From: Gemmatimonas sp.
GTDB lineage: Bacteria > Gemmatimonadota > Gemmatimonadetes > Gemmatimonadales > Gemmatimonadaceae
Assembly: GCA_031414535.1 (NCBI GenBank)
Contig: JANNVQ010000024.1
Coordinates: forward strand, 1 to 49,813
Length of the DNA stretch: 49,813 nucleotides
Reading direction: 5' to 3'
Position 1 is the stretch's first letter. The number at the start of each line of letters is the position of its first letter. The position numbers and the translations under genes are program-made. The notes below the pieces were generated by a model that saw only the letters and a program-made list of their open reading frames with translations, searched no databases and was not told where the DNA came from. Positions 36,781 to 46,041 of this stretch are shown here, piece after piece.

Positions 36781-38448
36781 TTATTGCTGGTCGAATCTCG
36801 GTATCAGGTCTAGCCGGAACTTCCCCCACGCTTTTTCCCTGACGACTTGGTCGAGCGCGCTTCGGGCCGCCTTGGGCAGCGCGGGCAGTAACGGGTCGTA
36901 CTTCACATCGGCAATCGGAGCCGTGCCCTCTGGGGCGACAATTACGCCGGGATTCAGAATGCCGAGCGGGTCGAATGCGAGCTTGGTGGCAGCGAACGCC
37001 GCGCGCGCCTCGGGTGACCACACGGCATCGAAGAGCGCAGCGCGTAGGCGCCCATCGCCGTGTTCGCCGGCGAGCGTACCACCGAGCCGAGCCACGAGTG
37101 CTGTGACGTCGCGGAGTAACTGCTCCACACGGGGCCGCCAATCTGGTTCGCGTACATCCACGAGTGGGTTCACGTGCGCGTGGCCGTCGCCGGCGTGACC
37201 GAAGATGACGCCGCGAATGCGCGCTGCATCAAGCGCGCGGCGCACACCGAGCACATACTCGGCAAAGCGCTCCGGCGGCACACAACCATCCTCAATGAAC
37301 TGCATGCTCTGCACACGGGGGGCGAGGCGATTCAGAATGGGGCTCGCGGCGTGGCGTAACTGCCAGAGGCGCGTCTCCTCGTGCGGGCTGCGCGCTTCTT
37401 CCACGTACGTGGCGCCACCAGCCTCGCACCAGCCGGCAAACTCTCGCAAGCGTGCGACGGCGTCCGCCTCGGAGTGGCCTTCCACTTCGAGGATGAGCAC
37501 CGCCTCAAGACCCGGGGGCAGGGTCACGGGCAATGGATCACCGCCGCTCGCAGCAATCTCGAGGAAGGTGCGATCCAGCAACTCTACCGCACTCGCACCA
37601 TGCGAGGCGAGCCGCACCGCGGCCGCAGCGGCACCCTCGAGATCAGGGAAGCCAGCGAGCAGGCCTGCCGTGCCACCAGGCAGCGGCGCGAGTTGCAGTT
37701 CTACGCCAACGATGATGGCCAGCGTCCCCTCGCTGCCGATCAGCACGTCCACGAGGTCGCCACTATCGAGCCACTCGGCGAGTCCGTAGCCTGATGATTC
37801 TTTGCGCACACCAGCGTGTCGCAGCAGGGCGGCGTCCGTAGAGCGGATGGTCGGACCCGCATCGTACAGAAAGCGTCCGACGGGACCGATTTCATCGGGC
37901 GGATCCTCGCCGCGCCGCACCCAGACGCGCGCGCCATTGGCGAAGACGCAGTCGAGCCCCGTGACCCAACGGCGGGTGGCGCCGTATTTCACGCTGCGTG
38001 CGCCCGCCGCGTTGGTGGCGCACATGCCGCCGACCGTGGCAAAGGCGCCGCTCGAAGGATCCACAGGAAAAACCAGCGCGTGCTTGAGGGCTTCGCGTTC
38101 CACGCGATTGCGGGGTACGCCGGGGCCCACCATCACGCGACTGGTGGCCGGGTCAATCTTCCCGAAGCTGTCGAGAAGGTTGAGGTCCACGATCACGCCT
38201 TGTCCGATGGCCCCATTAGCCATTGAGCTGCCGGCACCCCGCGGTGTCAGCGGCACACGCGTCTCCGCCGCCCAGAGCACCAGCGCCACCACATCGTCGG
38301 CATCCACGGGTACGGCGACCGCCGACGGGATGAGACGACCGATGCCTGCCGCCTCAGAGTATACGGCGCAGGCATCGGCGTCGCTGCGAAACACGCCGCG
38401 GAAGCTGGGAGGTGCCTGCATTACGCTCGCGGTGGACGCGACGCTCAT
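36781..38448 (-). CDS. FAD-binding oxidoreductase (GlcD/D-lactate dehydrogenase-like)
   Basis: PRGAGSS, DPSS, TVGGM, GSEGTLA, GHAGDGHAH, GEHGDG, FDPLGILNPG. Confidence 0.88.
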   Translation of the reverse strand: MSVASTASVMQAPPSFRGVFRSDADACAVYSEAAGIGRLIPSAVAVPVDADDVVALVLWAAETRVPLTPRGAGSSMANGAIGQGVIVDLNLLDSFGKIDPATSRVMVGPGVPRNRVEREALKHALVFPVDPSSGAFATVGGMCATNAAGARSVKYGATRRWVTGLDCVFANGARVWVRRGEDPPDEIGPVGRFLYDAGPTIRSTDAALLRHAGVRKESSGYGLAEWLDSGDLVDVLIGSEGTLAIIVGVELQLAPLPGGTAGLLAGFPDLEGAAAAAVRLASHGASAVELLDRTFLEIAASGGDPLPVTLPPGLEAVLILEVEGHSEADAVARLREFAGWCEAGGATYVEEARSPHEETRLWQLRHAASPILNRLAPRVQSMQFIEDGCVPPERFAEYVLGVRRALDAARIRGVIFGHAGDGHAHVNPLVDVREPDWRPRVEQLLRDVTALVARLGGTLAGEHGDGRLRAALFDAVWSPEARAAFAATKLAFDPLGILNPGVIVAPEGTAPIADVKYDPLLPALPKAARSALDQVVREKAWGKFRLDLIPRFDQQ

Positions 38449-38457
38449 GATCGCGTA

Positions 38458-39534
38458 TCAGGCCCCGACGGGGACCAACGTGAAGGGCCGCACCTTCACG
38501 CGTTGCACCAGCCGGCGGAGCGCGCGATTGCTCACCAGCGCGAGCACGCCCACCACCATCAGGGCCTTCACTTCGCGGCGCGAGATTTTCACCTTGCCGC
38601 CGGGCGTGAGCATCGCGCGCGAGCGGGACAGGTCGCGCAGAGTGGCGTAGGCAAAGAGCAGGGGCAGGACGCAAAACGCGCGAATCGCAAAGGCCCGACG
38701 CGGAATCAGCAGGATGTACTCCAAGGCGTCGTCCAAATCCTTGCGCGCAAGCTCGATGAACCCTTGGACTGCTGCGTGGTTGTGTTCCAAGTGCTGCGGC
38801 GAGAGCAGGGTTTCGTGCGAGCTCCCCTGCGCCTTCAGGTCGTGCGCGGGGATATAAATGGAGTTCTCGTGTTGCGCGTCGTGCGCGATGTCCTTCAAGA
38901 TGTTCACAGTCTGCAGCGCCTCGCCAAAGGCTTGGCACTTCACCCACAGCTTCTCGAACTCAACCTTGCCCACGGCCGGCGCGTGCAGATGCCAGAGCTC
39001 GGTGAGCATGCAGCCCACAGTGCCCGCGACGTAGTAGCAGTACTCCTTGTACTCCGCCAGGGTCTGGATGCGGATGCCACGCGGATACGTGCGCACGAAC
39101 TTCGCCATCCCGAGTCCCATCTCGCGCACCCAATGCGCCACGCGCTCCTGCGTGCGCGGCGGTAGCGTACGGAAGGTGACGAGGACGAGATCCGTGCGTG
39201 CCATCAATGCAAGATGCGCGGCGTCACCCTTCAAGTGCGCGACCTTGGCTGGAAATGCGTCCGCGGCATTACGATCTATTAGTGTGCGCAGGAACGCTTC
39301 AAGCAACTCAGCCCGCTCAGCAGGCGGCGTCGCGTTGTCGTCCTCGATGGTGTCGGCAATCCGGCAGAGCAAGTAGGCCGTTAGCACTGCGCGACCGAGG
39401 TCCCCAGGCAGAAAGCGGATGCTGATCGCAAAGGTGCGCGAGACCTCGGGCAAGACGTTCTTGCCAAAGGCCTCGGCCTCGCGGATGCGCGCCAGCGGGT
39501 CAGCTGCGGGAATGAATGCTTGGGTGCCGCTCAT
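38458..39534 (-). CDS. Squalene/phytoene synthase family protein (squalene-synthase-like)
   Basis: VSRTF, YLLCRIADTIEDD, YCYYVAGTVG, LQTVNILKD, VKISR. Confidence 0.85.
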   Translation of the reverse strand: MSGTQAFIPAADPLARIREAEAFGKNVLPEVSRTFAISIRFLPGDLGRAVLTAYLLCRIADTIEDDNATPPAERAELLEAFLRTLIDRNAADAFPAKVAHLKGDAAHLALMARTDLVLVTFRTLPPRTQERVAHWVREMGLGMAKFVRTYPRGIRIQTLAEYKEYCYYVAGTVGCMLTELWHLHAPAVGKVEFEKLWVKCQAFGEALQTVNILKDIAHDAQHENSIYIPAHDLKAQGSSHETLLSPQHLEHNHAAVQGFIELARKDLDDALEYILLIPRRAFAIRAFCVLPLLFAYATLRDLSRSRAMLTPGGKVKISRREVKALMVVGVLALVSNRALRRLVQRVKVRPFTLVPVGA

Positions 39535-40304
39535 TACAGGGAAAATAGCTTCCCTTTGCTCGCTTCGCCGAACTCGAGGCGGTCCAAGATCTGCTCCAGC
39601 GCCAATTGTGCCAGGCTGGCGTCGCGGCGGTAGCTGCTACGGCTGCTCACAGCGGCCCCCGCGGCCACCGCGACGCCCGCCAGCACCGCCACCGGGAGCA
39701 TGATGTTCAGCAACCCAAAGACGATGGCAGTCGTAGAGCCACCGAAGATCCCGATTCCGGTTGCCTGGGCAGCGCTGTTGCGCCGTGCGCGGAGGGTGGA
39801 TTCCAGTCGCACATGCACGCGGCCGCTGTCGGCCGCCACGGCCACAGCGCTGACTTCGTCGGCGCGGGCCAGCGGGAAGCCGCGTCCATCAAGACGCGTG
39901 AGGGCGCGAACCGTACCCGCAAAGCCACCGCGCGGGCCCCAGACCACACGGTCCGGAAAGCGGCGGAGTTCGCGGAGGTTCTCGCCCTCGTCCATCATCC
40001 GGTGGAGCTTCGCGAGCACCTCGCGCGGGCTGCCCGCCACCACGCGCGTCGCCACGAAGCTTGCCGGACCCCAAAGCTTCGCCTGCGTTCCGCGCTCCTC
40101 GGGGAGCACCACACGCATGCGCTCCTCGACCAGCGCCTGCTTGAGCGCTGTGGAGCTGATTCCGACTTCGGCACCCAGCGAGACGAGCTCGTCTTCGGTG
40201 AGCGTCTCGGGCACTTCAGTGCTTGCCGCCTGTAGCTCGGCCGCGCGCTGGAGTACTCGCTCGAGTGCCGCGCGATGCAGGACCGGCGGTGTGGGATCCG
40301 CCAT
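39534..40304 (-). CDS. Hypothetical membrane protein
   Basis: 256 aa; two C-terminal hydrophobic helices; tightly packed in the operon. Confidence 0.7.
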   Translation of the reverse strand: MADPTPPVLHRAALERVLQRAAELQAASTEVPETLTEDELVSLGAEVGISSTALKQALVEERMRVVLPEERGTQAKLWGPASFVATRVVAGSPREVLAKLHRMMDEGENLRELRRFPDRVVWGPRGGFAGTVRALTRLDGRGFPLARADEVSAVAVAADSGRVHVRLESTLRARRNSAAQATGIGIFGGSTTAIVFGLLNIMLPVAVLAGVAVAAGAAVSSRSSYRRDASLAQLALEQILDRLEFGEASKGKLFSL

Positions 40305-41408
40305 CTAGATGCCTTGGAAGGAGAGCGCGATCTGCCGTTTCATTTCCTCAATCATCACTGCAGGCATTGGGAAGGCCTCGGCGAGCGCGGCCAAGGCTCC
40401 ACCCTCTGGCGCGGTCTTGCCCGTCTGCGCGAGATACCAGCGTGCATAGCGTTCGCCGGCACCAGGCTCCACCTGCTCGACGAGCAAAGCCCCGCCACGT
40501 ACCAACCCATTGGACTCGTACTGCGCGCCAATACCGGAGCGCTGCTGCGCCGGCGTGAGATGATCGCTCACCGCCACGCGGGCGATGCTGCTGGCCGCTT
40601 CGTGTGCAAATGCAAAGAGCAGGATCTCGGCCGAATCCGCCGTGGCCGGGAATGCCACGGCGTACTGGCTGCTGCGATCCCCCGCCGGCACAGCACGGCC
40701 CTCGCCGCCGAGTGTGATGGCGAGGATGAGATCGCCGCTGTTTTGCTGCGTGTAGTTCAGGAAGCGCTGCAGACCGGGACGCCACGTGTTCTGCCAGAGC
40801 GAATCCGCACGCGCCAACGCTGGTTCGCGCGCGCGGAACTGCTCCAACCAATAGGCCTTATAGAACCCATCGTACTCCGCCTGCACGGCGTCCACGAGCT
40901 TGCGCACCCAAGCGCGATCGTCGGCCTTCGGAAATCGTTGCGCGAGGAAGGCCACAATCGCCTGCACCTCGCGATTGTTGGCGTTGCGCGGATTGCCCTC
41001 AGCGCGGAGGAAGTACTCAAAGGCCTGCTTCATCTCCGGCCAAGTGCCAAAGCTCAGGGCGAGAAACTGTCCGTCGAGCAGGTGTCGTGCGGTCACTGGG
41101 TCGGCCGTGAGCGCGGCCCGCTGCTCGTCGAACTTGGTATAGATGCTGCGCGAGTTCTTCACGATGGTGATGCGTTCGCGATACCCGCGTTCGAAGAACG
41201 GCACCTTGGCGGTGTCGTCCTGCATGAGCGCAAAGACGTGGAACCACAGGTCCACGTGCTCGCGCGTCTTCACCGGCCATTGCGGGCCCGGTGCGGGCAA
41301 GGCCTCGCCACGCCGACGCTGTGCTTCGGCCGGCGCGGCCAGGAAGGCCAGGGCCGAGGCAGCGAGAATTAGGGTGCGGAGCGGCCGCAGGTTACGCAAA
41401 ACTTCCAT
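40305..41408 (-). CDS. Hypothetical secreted protein
   Basis: Signal peptide ending APAEA; abuts the downstream gene. Confidence 0.7.
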   Translation of the reverse strand: MEVLRNLRPLRTLILAASALAFLAAPAEAQRRRGEALPAPGPQWPVKTREHVDLWFHVFALMQDDTAKVPFFERGYRERITIVKNSRSIYTKFDEQRAALTADPVTARHLLDGQFLALSFGTWPEMKQAFEYFLRAEGNPRNANNREVQAIVAFLAQRFPKADDRAWVRKLVDAVQAEYDGFYKAYWLEQFRAREPALARADSLWQNTWRPGLQRFLNYTQQNSGDLILAITLGGEGRAVPAGDRSSQYAVAFPATADSAEILLFAFAHEAASSIARVAVSDHLTPAQQRSGIGAQYESNGLVRGGALLVEQVEPGAGERYARWYLAQTGKTAPEGGALAALAEAFPMPAVMIEEMKRQIALSFQGI

Positions 41409-42067
41409 TCGGCTTCCATCTCGGCGCTACACCCGGGACAGCGCCGGATGCGCAGGTTGATGCCACAGTGCGGGCAGTATTTGAGCGGACGGTCTGTCGC
41501 GATGTCCTTAGAGCAATACGGACACACAGCGCTGACTGATTCGTCCACAGGGGCAGCTGGCAGGGTCGCCGCTGGTACCTGTGGAATGGGCAGCGCTTGA
41601 ACCGTCGGCGCTATGGGAGTTACTGGCTGTCCAGCGAGCTCCGCGCTTGTCCGTGATACCCCGCGCGGCTCCGTTGGGGTCGTAGACGGAATCGGCGTCG
41701 GCGCCCGCAGGTCAATGCTGGTGTCGCCCGTGAGCACCTGTTCGGCCTGCGTGCTCGCAATCCGGACCTTAGCGTTGCGGTAGGTATTGAGCACGCCCAA
41801 GTCAGGGTTCAGCGCTGTCAACTCGTTCTTCAAATCGTCCTGCATCAGATCATCGGCGAACAAGTAGCCGCGCTCGCCGGCGAGCAGTTGCATCACCGCG
41901 TGCAGATAGTCGTCGTTGGTGTCGAGCAGGCCGTCGCGGCGCGCGGCGCGGTAGGGCACGAGCCGCTCGAGGATCTCGCTCACCTCGATGGGACGCGCCA
42001 AGGCGCCGGCCTCTTGGGCGGCGAGCACGAGACGACGGAAGAGGAGGGCGAGGGCGTCGGCAGTCAT
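41369..42067 (-). CDS. Double zinc-ribbon domain protein
   Basis: Four C-terminal CxxC pairs (CPYC, CPHC, CPGC, CVTC) after a Pro-rich linker. Confidence 0.8.
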   Translation of the reverse strand: MTADALALLFRRLVLAAQEAGALARPIEVSEILERLVPYRAARRDGLLDTNDDYLHAVMQLLAGERGYLFADDLMQDDLKNELTALNPDLGVLNTYRNAKVRIASTQAEQVLTGDTSIDLRAPTPIPSTTPTEPRGVSRTSAELAGQPVTPIAPTVQALPIPQVPAATLPAAPVDESVSAVCPYCSKDIATDRPLKYCPHCGINLRIRRCPGCSAEMEAEWKFCVTCGRSAP

Positions 42068-42685
42068 TCAGGGAACCCGCGGCAAAGATGCCGAGGCCTT
42101 GAAGATGGCGCTATCGGGAAATCGTGCGGTTTCGGAAGTGCGCCCGCCCTTGGCTCGATACGCCGCGAGCCACGCATCAAAGTCGCTGTCCACGGCACCG
42201 GCGGACGTCGATTGATCGGCTGCCGCACGCGTGGCAAGATGATTGGCGTACTCGTTCTGCGGGTGGCCGTTGTGTCCGCGCACCCACTGCCACGACACGA
42301 GGTGCGGCGACGCGGCGCGGATGGCGTCGTGCCAGAGTGCGAGGTTCTCGATGGCTCCGGTCTTTCGCTTCCAGCCGGCGCGGGCCCAACCGTGAATCCA
42401 ACTGGTCATACCATCCACGATGTAGCGCGAATCGGTGGTGAACTGCACGCGAAAGCGCTGTTCCTTTGCGCCGAGCGCGCGGAAGGTATCAATCACCGAG
42501 CGCAGGGCCATCTTGTTGTTGGTGGTACCTGGCTCGCTCACCCAGAGGTCGCGGCGCGAGATGCGACCATCGCCGTGTTGGTATTCCACGAGGACGCCGG
42601 CACCACCGGGATTCGCGCCTTCCTTCCCGTTCCCCAAGCAAGACTCGTCGGCGTACACGGCCACGAGTGGAAGACTCTCGCTCAC
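42068..42685 (-). CDS. rnhA: Ribonuclease HI
   Basis: YADESCLGN..NPGGAG, TTNNKMAL, TDSRY, WVRGHNGHPQNE. Confidence 0.9.
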   Translation of the reverse strand: MSESLPLVAVYADESCLGNGKEGANPGGAGVLVEYQHGDGRISRRDLWVSEPGTTNNKMALRSVIDTFRALGAKEQRFRVQFTTDSRYIVDGMTSWIHGWARAGWKRKTGAIENLALWHDAIRAASPHLVSWQWVRGHNGHPQNEYANHLATRAAADQSTSAGAVDSDFDAWLAAYRAKGGRTSETARFPDSAIFKASASLPRVP

Positions 42686-42900
42686 GCTACGACCTCGAGC
42701 GCATCGGCCTCGTCGAGGTAGAGCGTGAGAGAGGCGCCGGTGGATGGATGGCGCGCGATGATTGCCTCGCGTCCGCGGATCAAGGTGAGCCGCTCGGGGA
42801 TGACGAGATACTCCGTGCCGCGACGCATCACCATGATCCGTTGATGCTTCGTGACCGCCTGCTCCAAGGCATCGTACTGTTTAACGCTCAACTGCCCCAC
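42682..42900 (-). CDS. Small Sm-fold-like protein (Rof-like or stand-alone WYL-like)
   Basis: GTG after AAGGGGG; 72 aa; overlaps both neighbours; YDALEQAV...VIPERL...LYLDEA. Confidence 0.55.
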   Translation of the reverse strand: MGQLSVKQYDALEQAVTKHQRIMVMRRGTEYLVIPERLTLIRGREAIIARHPSTGASLTLYLDEADALEVVA

Positions 42901-44075
42901 GCGACCCCCTTGGGACCGCACCAGTCCACCACAAAGCGCCGGAGGACCTCAGTCGCGGTCGTAATGTCCTGAACCGGAACGTACTCCTCGGCGGCATGCG
43001 CGAGGCCGATGTCTCCGGGGCCGAAGCAGATGGCGGGGATTCCCGCGGCGGTGAAGAGCGCAGCGTCCGTCCAGCAACTCAGTCCCTCGATGCTCGCGGC
43101 GTGGCCAGCTGCGGACGCGGCGGCAGCGAGGCCAGTGACGAGCGCGTGATCGTGCGGCACTTCGTTGGGCTGCTGAATGAGGCCTGGGGTCACCGAGGCA
43201 TTGAAGTGCGGCGTGCGCGCGGTGACGCGCGCGATGGCGTTCTCAATCTCGCGCACGAAGTGTGCGCCGTCTTCGCCCGGGAGTGTGCGGCGCTCGAGGC
43301 CCACGGTGCACCATGCTGGATACGAACTCAGAGTGCCATCGCTGGTGATGGGCCCCGCGTGAAACGAAGCGCGCCCCAGCAAGGGATGCGTGATGCCTGG
43401 CAGCACTTCTTGCTGATAGCGATCGAGTTCGGCGAGCAACAGCGCCGCGTGCGTGACGGCATCAATGCCGATGTCATAGCGCGAGCCGTGTGCCGCGCGG
43501 CCTTCGACGCGCACATCTGCCCAGGAGAAGCCGCGGTGGGCCGGGCAAATGGCGAGTCGGGTGGGCTCGGTGATGATGGCCGCGTGCGCCGTCACGCCGG
43601 CCTCGAGCAGCGTGCGAGTACCGATGCTCGCCCACTCTTCGTCGGCCACGGCGGTGATGATGACTTCGCCGCCGAGTCCGGTAGCCGCGGCTCGGAGTGC
43701 GGCGGCACACATCGCGGCCACGCCAGCCTTCATGTCGCAGGAGCCGCGGCCGTAGAGTTTGCCGTCGCGCTCTTCGGCGGCGTAGGGATCGTGCGTCATG
43801 CCGGCCACGCCGACGGTGTCGAGATGGCCGTTCAGGATGAGCGAGCGTCCACCGTGGCCACCGCCAATGCGTGCAAGCACGTTGGGGCGTCCCGGTGCGG
43901 ACTCAAGGATGTCTACGGTGAAGCCCCAACTCCTCAGGACGCCGGCGAGGAGTTGGGCTGCGGCGCCTTCGCCCGGAGCATCCGAGGCGAAGGCTGGGTT
44001 CCGCGAATCACACGCGACGAGTGCCCGTGTGAGGGCGAGGGCATCGCCGGGCGCGACGTTAGCATCACGCCGCAC
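42888..44075 (-). CDS. ArgE/DapE family M20 deacylase
   Basis: LNGHLDTV, YGRGSCDMKAG, ADEE, EPT, GRAAHGS, AHAAEE. Confidence 0.9.
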   Translation of the reverse strand: MRRDANVAPGDALALTRALVACDSRNPAFASDAPGEGAAAQLLAGVLRSWGFTVDILESAPGRPNVLARIGGGHGGRSLILNGHLDTVGVAGMTHDPYAAEERDGKLYGRGSCDMKAGVAAMCAAALRAAATGLGGEVIITAVADEEWASIGTRTLLEAGVTAHAAIITEPTRLAICPAHRGFSWADVRVEGRAAHGSRYDIGIDAVTHAALLLAELDRYQQEVLPGITHPLLGRASFHAGPITSDGTLSSYPAWCTVGLERRTLPGEDGAHFVREIENAIARVTARTPHFNASVTPGLIQQPNEVPHDHALVTGLAAAASAAGHAASIEGLSCWTDAALFTAAGIPAICFGPGDIGLAHAAEEYVPVQDITTATEVLRRFVVDWCGPKGVAWGS

Positions 44076-44093
44076 GGCAGCCGCCCTCCGGCA

Positions 44094-44573
44094 TCACTTC
44101 TTTGCTGCGGGCTTCTTGGCGACCGGCGCCTTCTTTGCAGCCGGTGCGGCCTTCTTGGCGGCGGGAGCAGCGGCCTTCTTCGCCGCAGGAGCAGCCTTCA
44201 CGGGCGCGGCGGCGGCAGGCTTTGCTTCAACCTTGGCCGGCGGCAGCTTGCCCTTGTTCTTCTTCATCCAGGCCGCTTCGGCCTCGATCAAGAGCTTGTC
44301 GGCTTCTTCCTGCGTCATCTGGCCACGACGCACCATGAACTGGATGAGATCGCGGGCGGACTCGATGGAGAACGCGACGAGGCCGGAGGCCGCGCCGATG
44401 ACATCCTTCATCGCAGCGGCCATCTTGCTACCAGCCTCAAGCGAGATTTCGTGTGCCTTAGCCGCCATTTCAGCGACGGTGTCACGGACATCTTGGCCGC
44501 GATGGCCGGGGCTGCGCTTTGGGGGAACTGGCTTGTCGGCGAGGACTTCATCCGACTTTTCAATGTCTGACAT
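44094..44573 (-). CDS. Phasin/PhaF-like protein with a histone H1-like AKK/AAP tail
   Basis: MVRRGQMTQEEADKLL helix; C-terminal KAAPAAKKAAAPAAKK repeats. Confidence 0.55.
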   Translation of the reverse strand: MSDIEKSDEVLADKPVPPKRSPGHRGQDVRDTVAEMAAKAHEISLEAGSKMAAAMKDVIGAASGLVAFSIESARDLIQFMVRRGQMTQEEADKLLIEAEAAWMKKNKGKLPPAKVEAKPAAAAPVKAAPAAKKAAAPAAKKAAPAAKKAPVAKKPAAKK

Positions 44574-44734
44574 TTTTGATTGAGCTCAGGTGCGAGGTAC
44601 TGCGAGAGATGAACGGCGGCAAGTATATGATTTTTCTGCGGATAAGCAAGTGATGGGAGGGCCTAAATTTGCGGCACTTTTCACTCTACGGGCCTAGTTT
44701 TATAGCAACTTCACAAAGCCATTTAAGCGCCACT

Positions 44735-45829
44735 ATGACGTCACTAACGCTCGAAGGACTCAAAATACTCGATCTCTCGCGTGTTCTCGCTGGACCGCTT
44801 GCGTCAATGATTTTGGGCGATTTGGGCGCAGATGTCATCAAAGTTGAACGTTCGGGCAGCGGTGACGACACGCGCGGGTGGGGGCCGCCCTTCGATGGGC
44901 GGGGCGAAAGCGCCTACTTCCTGTCCGTAAATCGCAACAAACTCTCCGTTGCCGCGGACCTCAATCGGGTGGAAGATCGCGCGCTCATCGAGCGCCTCAT
45001 CGCGGAAGCCGACGTGGTGCTGGAGAACTTCCGGCCAGGCACGCTTGAAAAGCACGGCCTTGGCCCCGCCGCCATGCTCGAGCGCCACCCGCGGCTCCTG
45101 TGGTGCACCATCACCGGTTTCGGTCTCGCCAGCCCTCGCCCCGGCTACGACTACGTGGTGCAGGCCGAGAGCGGCTGGATGGCGATTACCGGTGAAGCGG
45201 ATGGAGCGCCCATGAAGGTGGGCGTTGCGCTTGCCGATGTGCTCGCCGGTAAGGATGCCGCGATCACGATTCTGGCGGCTCTCGCTGGCGGACGTCGAGG
45301 CGAACGGCACCTGAGTGTGTCGCTCCTGCACTCGGCCACTGCGGCGCTCGTGAATGTGGCGCAGAACGCGCTCGTGACCGGACGCGAGGCGCAACGCTGG
45401 GGCAACGCGCATCCGAACCTAGTTCCGTATCAGTGCTTTGAGGCGGCGGACCGCCCCATCGTGATTGCCGTGGGTAGCGATGCGCAGTGGGCCGCCTGTG
45501 CGCGCGCGCTCGGTCTTGACGCTCTTGCGCGCGACGACGCACTGGCCAGCAACGCGGGCCGCGTGCTCGCGCGTGAGCGTGTGGTGCAGGGCATCGCCGA
45601 GCGCGTGCGCGGGCAGCCCGCGACGGAGTGGCTACGCGTCCTTGAGGCGGCCGGTGTGCCCTGCGGTGTGGTGAAGCCGGTGCTCGAGGCCCTGCAGGAA
45701 GTGGAGGCCTCTGCACTGAGCGGAGTCGCGCCACAGCGGCCTGGGTCGGTGCGGCGACCGCCGCCGCGCCTCGATGAGCACGGGACGCTCGTGCGCGCCG
45801 AGGGATGGAAGGCCTTCACTGTGGCCTAG
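44735..45829 (+). CDS. CaiB/BaiF family III CoA-transferase
   Basis: LDLSRVLAGP, LGADVIKVE, NRNKLS, ENFRPG, GYD, PPRLDEH. Confidence 0.92.
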   Translation: MTSLTLEGLKILDLSRVLAGPLASMILGDLGADVIKVERSGSGDDTRGWGPPFDGRGESAYFLSVNRNKLSVAADLNRVEDRALIERLIAEADVVLENFRPGTLEKHGLGPAAMLERHPRLLWCTITGFGLASPRPGYDYVVQAESGWMAITGEADGAPMKVGVALADVLAGKDAAITILAALAGGRRGERHLSVSLLHSATAALVNVAQNALVTGREAQRWGNAHPNLVPYQCFEAADRPIVIAVGSDAQWAACARALGLDALARDDALASNAGRVLARERVVQGIAERVRGQPATEWLRVLEAAGVPCGVVKPVLEALQEVEASALSGVAPQRPGSVRRPPPRLDEHGTLVRAEGWKAFTVA

Positions 45830-46041
45830 TCGCAAGTTCCGGCGCCCTGCGCGGGCGCGTAGCGGGCTGCGTTCTAAGCCGTGTATCGGGTCAGGTTCGG
45901 GAGTGGTTCCGTGGCACTGTTACGGCGGTGTGACGCGGAGCATGGTCGCCTCGTCTTCTGGATGCGACGAACCTGGAGTCGAAGGTCATTTGGAATCGCG
46001 CGGCCCTGTCCGCGACGCGTGTGTTGAATTACACTAGCGTC

